Position numbers and translations under genes: made by a program
Assembly (NCBI GenBank): GCA_951406725.2
Contig: OX597820.1
Location: 45,570,001 to 45,634,000 of the forward strand
Reading direction: 5' to 3'
DNA length: 64,000 nt
DNA from: Octopus vulgaris
Taxonomy: Eukaryota
Shown: positions 1 to 10,479 of the stretch, piece by piece
Layout of the letters: each line of letters opens with the position of its first letter
Position numbering within the stretch: the stretch's first letter is position 1
Notes under the pieces: model-generated
Databases searched by the model: none
Seen by the model: the letters and a program-made list of their open reading frames with translations, nothing else
What the model was told of the DNA's origin: nothing

Positions 1-519
1 TGTAGAGTGTCAGTGTGTGTATTTATATTCTATACCTTTGCACACAACAGTGATATTAGCTCTATGATTTTGAAGACAACTGGCATGCATAAACCGCCTT
101 ATCTGAAAAATAGGCAAGGGTTTGCAAACAGGAAAGGTAGAATTATGCATCACCAATAAATCTCCAACCAATCCATGCTAGCATAGCAAACAGGATTTAA
201 AAGAATGAAGGAATGCATAACATATGCTGAGAGAAATATATGATTGTGTGGTTAAAAAGCAACCACATGGTTAGGGTTCAATCCAGCAGCATGGTACATT
301 GGACATATGTCTTTTACACCAAAGCCTTGAAAAACAAAAGCTTTGTGATTGAAATAGGTAGCCAGAAATTGTGTGTAAGACCTTTCGAGGGATCATTCCT
401 ATTTTTGGGTGGTAAACATAATCAGTTGCCTGTTTTAACTCTGACCCCTGCCACTTACATGCATTTAGTGGAACAATATATCATGGGCACAGCCATGATT
501 TTGTTCATGGTGGCTTGCA

Positions 520-800
520 ATTACAATGGATCCATGATTTATCAAATTACAATGGACCTGTATATTTTTTTATGTAGTAACAATGGACCAGTCATTTCTG
601 ATTTAATTACAAATGGATCCATCATTTCTTATCTAATTACAAATGGATCCATCATTTCTTATCTAATTACAAATGGATCCATCATTTCTTATCTAATTAC
701 AAATGGATCCATCATTTCTTATCTAATTACAAATGGATCCATCATTTCTTATCTAATTATAAATGGATCCATCATTTCTATGGATCCATCATTTCTAACT
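520..800. repeat. 30-bp minisatellite
   Basis: atctaattacaaatggatccatcatttctt in 6 near-perfect copies at 601-780, plus diverged flanking units. Explains the repetitive ORF 240-821. Confidence 0.95.
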
Positions 801-1480
801 TATGAAAATCAAAAAAATTAAAATATTATATATACATAGGAGCCCCATCTAAAACTGTCAACTTTTTTTTTTTGCTACATACATTTGAATATGTACATGT
901 GTACAAGAACATGTAAGAAACATCATCAGCAACAGTTGGAATATCAGACTGTACAATGCTCTTATTTTCCTAATTACAACCAATGAAAATATAGACCTTA
1001 ACATCTGAAGATATGTAAACTAAGTTTTGAAGTGTGACATTTACATTGTATACCAAGGATATATAATGAAGATGGTGGAAATACTTCCGCAAAGTAAAGC
1101 ATTTTAGATATCATAAAACAATACCAAAATGATAAGGAAGAGATTGAAATAGTTTAACCAAGTAATAAGTAGTTCACTCAATCTCTAAATACAGTTTCTA
1201 AGTGCAAGCAATGAAAAAGTTGAGGCTAAATGATGACGATGATGCTGTTCTGTTAAGATTCACCAATCCCCAAACCTCAATGGATCCCTTAAGAGGTAGA
1301 CCTTTGATATGTGAAGACACAATGTTACTGCTTGCAATAGAGAAAAGTACAGCACCTAATCAGAGAGAGCAGCATTGATTTAGCGAGCAGGAGAGAGTAA
1401 GGGAGCAACTAGGAGTCATCATTGTTTTAACATCCATTTTTCCATGCTTGCATGGGTCAACTGGTTTATATTGGCACAGA

Positions 1481-1708
1481 GGCGAGCTGGCAGAAACGTT
1501 AGCACGCCGGGTGAAATGCTTTGCGGTATTTCGTCTGCCGCTACGTTCTGGGTTCAAATTCCGCCGAGGTCGACTTTGCCTTTCATCCTTTCGGGGTCGA
1601 TTAAATAAGTACCATTTACGCACTGGGGTCGATGTAATCGACTTACTCCGTTTGTCTGTCCTTGCTTGTCTCTTCTGTGTGTAGCCCCTTGTGGGTAGTA
1701 AAGAAATA
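1481..1708 (+). mobile_element. tRNA-derived SINE with Meta-domain-like body
   Basis: A box gctggcagaaacgttag, B box ggttcaaattcc, body gcctttcatcctttcggggtcgat..agtacc. 14-bp TSD tatattggcacaga. Other copies at 15150-15356 (+) and 50563-50775, 56215-56605, 57680-57925 (-). Confidence 0.9.
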
Positions 1709-2339
1709 TATATTGGCACAGAATACCTATAACCAGAAGCCCTTTCTGTTACCAACACTCATCTGTTTCCAAGCAAAGTAATATTTTCCCCCCATCGCCG
1801 GACATGTTCTCACAAAATATTGAAATGAATAACATTGCCTGTATGACAGTGACATGATGTCAAAATAAGGACACACGAACACACACACACACACACACAC
1901 AAGGAACTTCTTTCAATTTTTATTTATCAAATTCATACACAAGACTTTCATCAATCAAGCACTATAGCAGAATACACTTGCGCATGGTGTCATGCAGTGG
2001 GACTGTAACCAAAACCATGTGGTTGTGAAACAAACTTCTTACCCAGAGTCACATGTGATCCATGTTTGTGTCATTTAATATATATATATGTATATACACA
2101 CAAGTTTCTCAACAGTGCTTTGTCCAATACTTGTTGCTGAGAAACTCAAGAGTTCTGAATCTAAGCATTCTATGCCTGTGTCATTAAATAAATTTAGTCC
2201 TCTATTTCAAATGCTACTGAGGTCTATTTCTTTTGTTGTTACATACGTGGTTTGTTGATATATATATATATATATGTACACATATACACACAATATATAC
2301 GTAATATGCATTTATGTATTGAGTTATATTTCAACTATT

Positions 2340-2880
2340 TGTTCCCATATATGTAACTTCAGAAGCTACCTGTCCAGTGATTACACCACCAATCAGAGAG
2401 ACATTAAGAATAGGATCAGAGCAGCCCATACTGCTTTTGGAAGACTCTCAAAATGAGTCTTCCTAAAGCACGACCTCACCCAAATGAAAATCATAGTATT
2501 CCAAGCCATTGTTCTTTCCACACTCTTTTACAGTTATGAAACATGGATATTGTATTGATGAGACTTGGACAAAAACGTTTCCAACAGCACAAACTTCACA
2601 CAATCATAAGGATTCAATGGAAGGACTATACCATCAATGAGGAGGTTCTGCTCAGGACTAGACTGTCCAGCATTGAAGTTGCTGTAGCACAACACTGCCT
2701 ACACTGGATGGGACGTATCAAAAATGTATGCCTCAAACATGCCTTCCCCATCAACACCACTTTGCAGTGTTGACCTCGAGCCCCAGGCTAAGCAGGGTCT
2801 CCAAATTCCGTTTTTGAGACCAGCTCAAGGCCACTCTCCTCCACTGACCCAAATACTTGGGAGATAATGATGAAAGATTA
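2340..2880 (+). mobile_element. Degenerate RTE (BovB-like) RT C-terminal fragment
   Basis: DIKNRIRAAHTAFGRL; L.Y..ETW; IIRIQWKDYTINEEVL; LHWMG. Contains stops and frameshifts. Confidence 0.8.
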
Positions 2881-3178
2881 CCCAAGGTGACAGCATGTTA
2901 TCAACAAGGGAACAGGTTTGATGGAAAATAAGATGTCAAGAGGTAGAGATCTGATGTTAGGGACACAAAGAGTGACTCACACCTCCGTGTCTCCCGCCAG
3001 CTCTCCCCTGCAATAAATACCCTAGCTCTTCTATGCTGCCTTTTGCCTGAACAGCCACCGGCACCCTTTGCACCCATCATGATGAAGAGGTTCAATCAAT
3101 CACTCACTCTAGACCTACTACTCAGATATGAGTTAAGGATGCTATAACCAATTTATATATATATATATATATTATATA

Positions 3179-3500
3179 TTGTAGCTGTGATACCAGTGCT
3201 GGTGGCACGTAAGCGAACCATCTGAACGTGGCCGTTGCCAGCGCCGCCCCGACGGGCCTCCGTGCCGGTGGCACGTAAAAATCACCATCCGATCGTGGCC
3301 GTTTGCCAGACCCGTCTGGCACGTAAAAAGCACCCACTACACTCACAGAGTGGTTGGCGTTAGGAAGGGCATCCAGCCGTAGAAACATTGCCAGATCACA
3401 CTGGGCCTGGTGCAGCCTTCTGGCCTCCCAGACCCCAGTTGAACTGTCCAACCCATGCTAGCATGGAAAGCGTATGCTAAATGATGATGATGATGATGAT
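3179..3500 (+). mobile_element. RTE 3'-UTR-only insertion
   Basis: Reverse complement of the 5679-6130 UTR, (GAT)n tail, (TA)n on both sides. Confidence 0.9.
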
Positions 3501-4159
3501 ATATACATATATATGTATGTATGTATACATACATGTATTCATAAACACATGCATGTTTAAGTATGTGCGTATGTATGCATAAACTAGATGTATCACCTTG
3601 TTACATAATATACATTCAGTATCCATCACAGCCTGTCCAGACAACAGCTCTCTGCTTCAATCCTATTTTCTCCTTCCTTGTCTTTTTTTATTCAATTACT
3701 TAATTACTATAATACAAGTAAATCTAGAGAAACAGCTGATTGGACAGTGACAGATTCCCTGAGTTGAAAGCATTTTGAAAATATTAATAGCTAATGCAAA
3801 TCTCTTATCATATATAAAAGTAGCCGGAGAGAGACAGGGTGGGGGTAGAGAGAAAGATAGTTAAAGCTGACTTCCAGTTCAATATATTTCCTTTCATATA
3901 TGTTACAAGTACTTTAGCAGAGACAAGAGGAACAAGGCTTCCTCTAGCTTCTTTACATGGAATGTTTCACATCCCATGGTTATATGAATAGCCCTTCATC
4001 TCTGCCACCATGCACATGATGCTCTGACATCACAGCAAACTACCGGCCTACTCAACTGGCTAACTTCAACTACACATTTTATGACATGGCAACTCACATC
4101 CAGAGAGGGAGAAAGGCTGTCTATAGACTAAGCCTATAGCTTGTTCACACTTGCTTTTG

Positions 4160-5045
4160 CTAATCATCATAATCAACATCAGTAATATGAGCATCATTTA
4201 TACATCATCCTTATCAGCAGCAAACATCACCGTCATCTAGACAATCATCTAACACTGTTATCGTCCACACAGTGGTCACCTTCACATCATCATTATTGTC
4301 ACCTACCATCATCATCACAATCATCTGCCATCATTGCAAATGTCATCAAAATTGCCATCACAAATATCTATTATCATCATCATCATTGTCGTCATTTACC
4401 ATCATCATTCTAATTGTCATCTATCATCAGTTATCGTCTACCATCATCTGTCATCATCCTCATCAACACCAACACAACATTCTTAAACAAAATACAAAAC
4501 ATCTACAGCAATGACACCACCACCTAGACAATGGTCTGAGATAAGATACCAGTTACAACAAACTGAATACATGCATTCATTTGTTAATGACTGAACTACA
4601 ACAACTATTCCCATTACAACTATAATGCTTAATTAAGTAGACATTATGTGTGGTAATTGAATAATTTAATTTAGTTAACTAATTAACTAAGATGGCTAAT
4701 TAGACCTCTTCACCTCTGTAACTATCACTGACGACACCACCACCACCTTCCATTACTACATCCTAACAACAACAACGACAACTACCATATCCTCACAACC
4801 ATCTCTAGCATCCTAATCACCAACTCTGCCATTCCATCTTCCCCATGATCACCACCACCATCAGACCACAATGTCTGCTTTTATAGCCGCACCACCACCA
4901 CCACCACCACTACTACTACAGCCTCTTTAACAGCACTACATCCTAACAACTACTACATCCTTGCCGGTATCATTGATACTACTTAAACCTACCACTGCCA
5001 TCACTCCACCACCATCACCACCACGATCACATGACCATCATACAC
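4160..5045. repeat. Degenerate (CAT)n/(CAC)n/(TAC)n low-complexity region
   Basis: Trinucleotide-periodic runs such as atcatcatc, accaccacc, actactact. Confidence 0.8.
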
Positions 5046-5338
5046 TAAATCACTATAAGATTATCAAAACTGTCCCACCCACTCTAGTTATCCAAACCCA
5101 GAAGTAAAATTAGGTTTAATCCTCATAGTCAGTCTAGCAGATTAATTAGTACAGTGGTACGTATAATGACTGACTGACAACAGTAACAACAAGAACTAAC
5201 ACCAATAACAATAATAATTAATGGGGAGCGGGGGGCACTGGATAGTGCCAGAAAGTGACAAATACAAAAAGAGATATATAGTTAACATCTATCCCCAACT
5301 TTATCTCTCTCTCTCTTCTATATATATATATATATATA

Positions 5339-5670
5339 TATAAAATATTATTAGAGACAAAACCACTATTTTGCAAAACAAACAAGGAAAGACTTAATCA
5401 ATACATAAAATTTTAATAAATAGTCAAAAAAACCGCCAAAAAAAGTCCACCTGAAGATTGTCGATCAAGACAAGAAACAATTGTAGTGGCGGTTTTTTTG
5501 ACTATTTATTAAAATTTTATGTATTGATTAAGTCTTTCCTTGTTTGTTTTGCAAAATAGTGGTTTTGTCTCTAATAATATTTTATAATATTTTACTATAA
5601 AATTGGATTTAATCCTAAATCTGATTTTTTCCCTGTAAATTTGGATTTATTCCCTAATATTTATTATTTA
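5339..5670 (+). mobile_element. Penelope-like pseudo-LTR insertion: inverted arm, hammerhead, direct arm, tail
   Basis: Perfect 100-bp inverted repeat 5339-5438 / 5487-5586 with a hammerhead motif in the spacer. (TA)n on both sides. Confidence 0.7.
5447..5489 (+). ncRNA. Minimal type-I hammerhead ribozyme, intact core
   Basis: ccac CTGAAGA ttgtc-gatcaa-gacaa GAAAC aatt GTA^ gtgg: 4-bp stem I, 5-bp stem II, palindromic stem III (acaattgt), predicted cut after A5485. Confidence 0.82.
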
Positions 5671-5848
5671 TATATATATCATCATCATCATCGTTTAACG
5701 TCCGCTTTCCATGCTAGCATGGGTTGGACGGTTCAACTGGGGTCTGGGAAGCCCGAAGGCTGCACCAGGCCAGTCAGATGTGGCAGTGTTTCTACAGCTG
5801 GATGCCCTTCCTAACGCCAACCACTCCGAGAGTGTAGTGGGTGATTTT

Positions 5849-6120
5849 ATGTGCCACCGACACAGGTGCCAGACGAGGCTGACAGACGGCCACGCTCGGA
5901 TGGTGTTTTTATGTGCCACCGACACAGGTGCCAGACGAGGCTGGCAGACGGCCACGCTCGGATGGTGTTTTCTTATGTGTCACCGACACAGGTGCCAGAC
6001 GAGGCTGGCGGACGGCCACGCTCGGATGGTGTTTGTTACGTGCCCTCAGCACGGAGGCCAGTCATTGCGGTACTGGCTACGGTCACGTTCGGATGGTTTT
6101 CTTATGTGCCACCGGCACTG
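5849..6120. repeat. About 62-bp tandem repeat in the RTE 3' UTR (3 good plus 1-2 diverged units)
   Basis: tgtgccaccgacacaggtgccagacgaggctg..cggccacgctcggatggtgtt recurs at about 5850, 5912 and 5976. Confidence 0.85.
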
Positions 6121-6294
6121 GTACCACAAGGATACAAATTCCATTGATGTTCATCTATTTTGATTTGGTTCGATTTGATTTGATACGATTCGATTCTCAC
6201 TTGCCTCAACAGGTCTTCACAAGTGTCACAAGAAGGAAGGTATGCACAGGTGGACTGACTACGTCCCAGGTAGGGGCCACGGATTATGGCTTCA

Positions 6295-9170
6295 CTAGTC
6301 TTGCCGGGTCTTCTCACGCACAGCATACTTCCATAGGTCTCGGTCTCTAGTCATTTCCATGGTGAGACCTAACGTCCAAAGGTCGTGCTTCACCACCTCG
6401 TCCCAGGTTTTCCTGGGTCTACCTCTTCCACGGGTTCCCTCAACTGCTAGGGATTGGCACTTTCTCACACACCTATCTTCATCCATTCTCGCCACATGAC
6501 CATACCAGCGCAATCGTCTCTCTTGCACACAACAACTGATGCTTCTTAGGTACAACATTTCTCTCAAGGTACTAACGCTCTGTCGAGTAAGTACACTGAC
6601 ATTACACATCCATCGGAGCATACTGGCTTCGTTCCTCACGAGCTTACGCATGTCCTCAGCAGTCACGGCCCATGTTTCACTGCCATGTAGCATAGCTGTT
6701 CGTACACATGCATCATACAGTCTGCCTTTTACTCTGAGCGAGAGGCCTTTAGTCACCAGCAGAGGTAAGAGCTCCCTAAACTTTGCCCAGGCTATTCTTA
6801 TTCTAGCAGTTACACTTTCAGCGCACCCACCCCCACTACTGACTTGGTCACCTAGATAGCGGAAACTATCAACTACTTCTAGTTTTTCCCCCGGAAAGTG
6901 ACAGAAGTTGTTTTCTGCAGATTTTCGGAGGTCAATGCTCCAGAGCACCTGCCACATACAAAAACTATCTTCCCAGTTAGCCTACCTTTGACATTGCTGC
7001 ACCTCTTATGTGTCCATAGCTTACACTGGGTACATCTTATAGAGTTTCTACCTACACCTTTTCTACAGATCGAGCAGGGCCATCTTCCTGATGATATTTG
7101 TGGGTTTTCTACCTTTCTACTTATTAGTACTTTGGTTTTAGCTAGGTTGACTCTAAGGCCCCTCGATTCTAAACCCTCCTTCCACACCTGGAACTTCTCC
7201 TCCAGTTCTGATAGTGACTCAGCGATTAGAGCGAGGTCGTCAGCATAGAGGAGCTCCCAGGGGCAACCTGTCTTGAATTCCTCCGTTATTGCCTGGAGGA
7301 CTATGATAAATAGGAGGGGGCTGAGTACTGAACCCTGGTGGACCCCAACCTCTACTTTGAATTCTTCTGTGTACATGTTGCCAACTCTAACCTTACTTAC
7401 GGCATCTCTGTACATGGCTTGCACAGCCCTCACCAGCCATTCATCTATCCCTAGTTTCCTCATTGACCACCAGATGAGGGATCGGGGGACCCTATCAAAG
7501 GCTTTCTCCATGTCAACGAAAGCCAGGTACAGGGGCTTATCCTTGGCTAGGTATTTCTCCTGCAGCTGCCTTACCAGGAATATAGCATCAGTGGTGCTTT
7601 TCCCTGGGACAAACCCAAACTGCATCTCATCTAAACTAACTCTCTCTCTAATTAGTTGGGCTATGACCCTCTCCGTAACCTTCATTACCTGATCCAACAG
7701 CTTGATACCTCTGTAATTATTTGTATCCAGGGCATCACCTTTACCTTTGTAGCAGTTGACAAGTATGCTGCTACACCAGTCATTGGGTATGACTCCTTCG
7801 TGTATCACCTGGTTGACTATACGGGTGACTAGGTTATAGCCGACACTGCCAGATATTTTGAGCATCTCTGCAGTAATTCCTGATGGGCCTGGGGCTTTCC
7901 CTGTCTTCATGCTTCTAATTGCCTTAGCTACCACGGAACTATCAACTCGGATAGCTGGTCCCTCTGTTGGGTCAACATTTGGCAGACTCTCTTTATCCCA
8001 TTCATTTTCTTTATTCAGCAAACTTTCATAGTGGCATCTCCAAACCTCTCTCTTTGCATCCTCATTTAGCGCAAGTGAACCATCATCCATGCGAACACAC
8101 TTCTCTCCTACCACATCACGATTCTCTCTCACACACTGTCTTGCAACACGAAATACCTCAAGTCTTTCATCCTCACGGCTCAGAACATTGGCAAATTTTT
8201 TCTTATCCGCTTCCCCTCTGGCTATATAAACCTGTCTCCTAGCTTCCCTTTTGGCTGTCTGATACAATTCCCTGCTACCACCGTTCTTCCAGTCCTTCCA
8301 AGCCTGTCTCTTTTGTCTAATAGCCCCGTCAACCACCGTGTTCCACCACCATGTTACTCTGGGTCGAGATGGTACTTTGCTCCATCCACAGATCTGGTCA
8401 GTGGCTGTCAGCAGATTGTCCCGTAGGAATCTCCAGTTGTCTTCCACATTAAGTGAAGCTATATCCCCTTCTATTTCGTCAGAGGCTTCGAGTAGTATGT
8501 CTCTAAATCTCTGTGCATTTGCAGGATCTTTAAGCTTCCAGACCCTTCTCCTCCAAGCTGGTCTTCTTCTGGGCAACCATTTAGCTCTGATCCTGAAGTC
8601 GCTAACTACTAATCTATGTTGGGGAGTACATTCTTCGCCTGGGAAGGTTTTGGCATTTATAATCAGCCCTCTTTCCCTTTTTCTGGCAAGGATGTAGTCA
8701 ATCTGGCTGGTGTGTCTGCCAGAACGGTAGGTGACTAGGTGAGAGGTGGGTTTCCTGAAGTGGGTATTGCAGACCATAAGGTCATTTGCATCGCAGAACT
8801 CCAGCAGCCTGGTTCCCTCCTCATTTCGAGAGCCAAAACCGTGGCCTCCATGGATGCCATGGTAGCCCCTGACATGTCGTCCAACATGTCCATTGAAATC
8901 ACCTGCCACGAAGAGAAGGTCACTGTCATTTGTCAATGAGGTAGTCCGCAATAGGGTGTCATAGAATTGGTCTTTTTGTCCTTCCGGTAGCCCTGGTTGA
9001 GGGGCATATGCCGAGATGATGGTAGCTGTCCTATGGTGAAGAACTAATCTAATTTTAATTACTCTGTCACTTACTCTGACTACCTCGATTACCTTACCTA
9101 TCCATTTCTCCGCAAGAAGTATACCCACGCCCCCGACTCCGTCAATGTTCCCTGCCCAGAAAATCTTGTA
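6295..9170 (-). pseudogene. RTE ORF (APE-RT), N-terminally truncated, single frameshift at about 6890
   Basis: ORFs 6879-9128 and 6295-6957 join across a 1-nt loss at TTC CGG GGG AAA AAC. The frame extends upstream as YKIFWAGNIDGVGGVGILL to about 9170, then runs into (TA)n. Confidence 0.9.
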
Positions 9171-9188
9171 TATATATATATATATATA

Positions 9189-9758
9189 TCATCATCATCA
9201 TCATCATCATCATCGTTTAACGTCCGCTTTCCGCGCTAGCACGGGTTGGACGGTTTGACCGGGTCTGGGAAGCCAGGGGCCGCACCAGGCTCCAGTCTGA
9301 ATCTGGCAGAGTTTCTACGGCTGGATGCCCTTCCTAACGCCAACCACTCCGTGAGTGGATTGGGTGCTTTTTACGTGCCACCTGCACAGGGGCCGGAGGG
9401 TCCAGCACGGGTTGGACGGTTTGACCGGGTCTGGGAAGCCAGGGGCCGCACCAGGCTCCAGTCTGAATCTGGCAGAGTTTCTACGGCTGGATGCCCTTCC
9501 TAACGCCAACCACTCCGTGAGTGGATTGGGTGCTTTTTACGTGCCACCTGCACAGGGGCCGGAGGGTCCGGCATCGTCACGATCGGTTCGAGCATTTTAA
9601 CGTGTCAGCGGCACGGGGGCAACGAGGTCCGGGGTACTTTGGGGATCCAGGGTACTTTGGGGATCCGGGGTACTTTGGGGATCCGGGGTACTTAGAATGA
9701 GTAGGGGGTATGTGGAATTGCTGCAGAAAGCAGCCCGGGTCTTTGTAGTCACAGCATT
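9189..9758 (-). mobile_element. Second RTE 3' end (related subfamily) with internal duplications
   Basis: (GAT)n tail at 9189-9213 and the same 3' UTR terminus as at 5679. 166-bp tandem duplication (9238, 9404). 18-bp repeat at 9630-9692. 9731-9758 reads AVTTKTR on the minus strand versus AVREKTR at the end of the first RTE ORF. Confidence 0.85.
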
Positions 9759-10112
9759 TATCGTCACTGAGTAACGTAATTAGGTAGAGGAAAGAAATAC
9801 AGATATTCTAGAGTTGAGTTGGGGAGGGGGGGCCCAGTTGAGGCGGGTAATATAGGAGAGCAACCAGTGGGGAAGGTTGGGGTAAGGAGGAACGATGGCA
9901 GGAAGGGTTGGTGTAGGTTCCTAAGAAATAAAGACATTCGTTATCGTCACTGAGTAACGTTATTAGGTAGAGGAAAGAATACAGATATTCTAGAGTTGAG
10001 TTGGGGAGGGGGGTCCAGTTGAGGTGGGTAATATAGGGGAGCAACCAGTGGGGAAGGTTGGGGTAAGGAGGAACGATGGCAGGAAGGGTTGTTGTAGGTT
10101 CCTAAGAAATAA
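9758..10112. repeat. 183-bp tandem duplication
   Basis: ttatcgtcactgagtaacg...gtaggttcctaagaaataaa starts at 9758 and 9941. Confidence 0.9.
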
Positions 10113-10341
10113 AAACGTAGGATATTACGAGGCGGGAGGGTGCTAAAGGGGGATAGTCGGAATGAGGCAGTGTCAGGAGGAAGCGTAAGATCGGTGGGCA
10201 GTTGATGAGCTATGGCGCTAGCAGCTTGTCTTTTCACAGTGAAAGCATATGAGGAGAAGGGGTAGTGGGGGGAGGAGGAGGGAGTACCCGGTGTAGATGA
10301 GTAAGGCGTATCCGGTGTAGATGGTGAGGACAGGGTATACT

Positions 10342-10470
10342 GGTATTGGTGGTGGGGGGTGAGGAACAGTGTTCACCGGTATTGGTGGTGTTGGCGGTGA
10401 GAACAGTGTTCACCGGTATTGGTGGTGGGGGTGAGAACAGTGTTCATCGGTATTGGTGGTGGGGGTGGGG
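10342..10470. repeat. About 34-bp G-rich minisatellite
   Basis: ggtattggtggtgggggtgagaacagtgttcacc in about 3.5 copies. Confidence 0.85.
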
Positions 10471-10479
10471 GCGGGCGCA

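Larger units (their letters stand above)
5679..9170 (-). mobile_element. Young RTE-clade LINE, 5'-truncated inside the APE endonuclease
   Basis: APE motifs (AYAPQ, GDFNGHVG, SQIDYIL, PQHRLV) and RT motifs (QFGF, AFVDMEKAFDRV, GVHQGSVLSPLLF, YADDL, FRYLG). RTE C-terminus RLRWYGHV/RGRGRP..W. 3' UTR ends in (GAT)n at about 5680. (TA)n on both sides. Confidence 0.96.

Noticed and set aside
240-821. 193-aa ORF with ITNGSIISYL repeats
   Set aside because: A SINE remnant running into a stop-free 30-bp minisatellite.
6879-6900. Programmed -1 frameshift in the RTE ORF
   Set aside because: The sequence is not a valid in-frame X XXY YYZ heptamer, and the older copy has in-frame spacing. A simple deletion or sequencing error is more likely.
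6539-8939. Plus-strand ORFs over the RTE
   Set aside because: Antisense shadows of the RT/APE coding frame.
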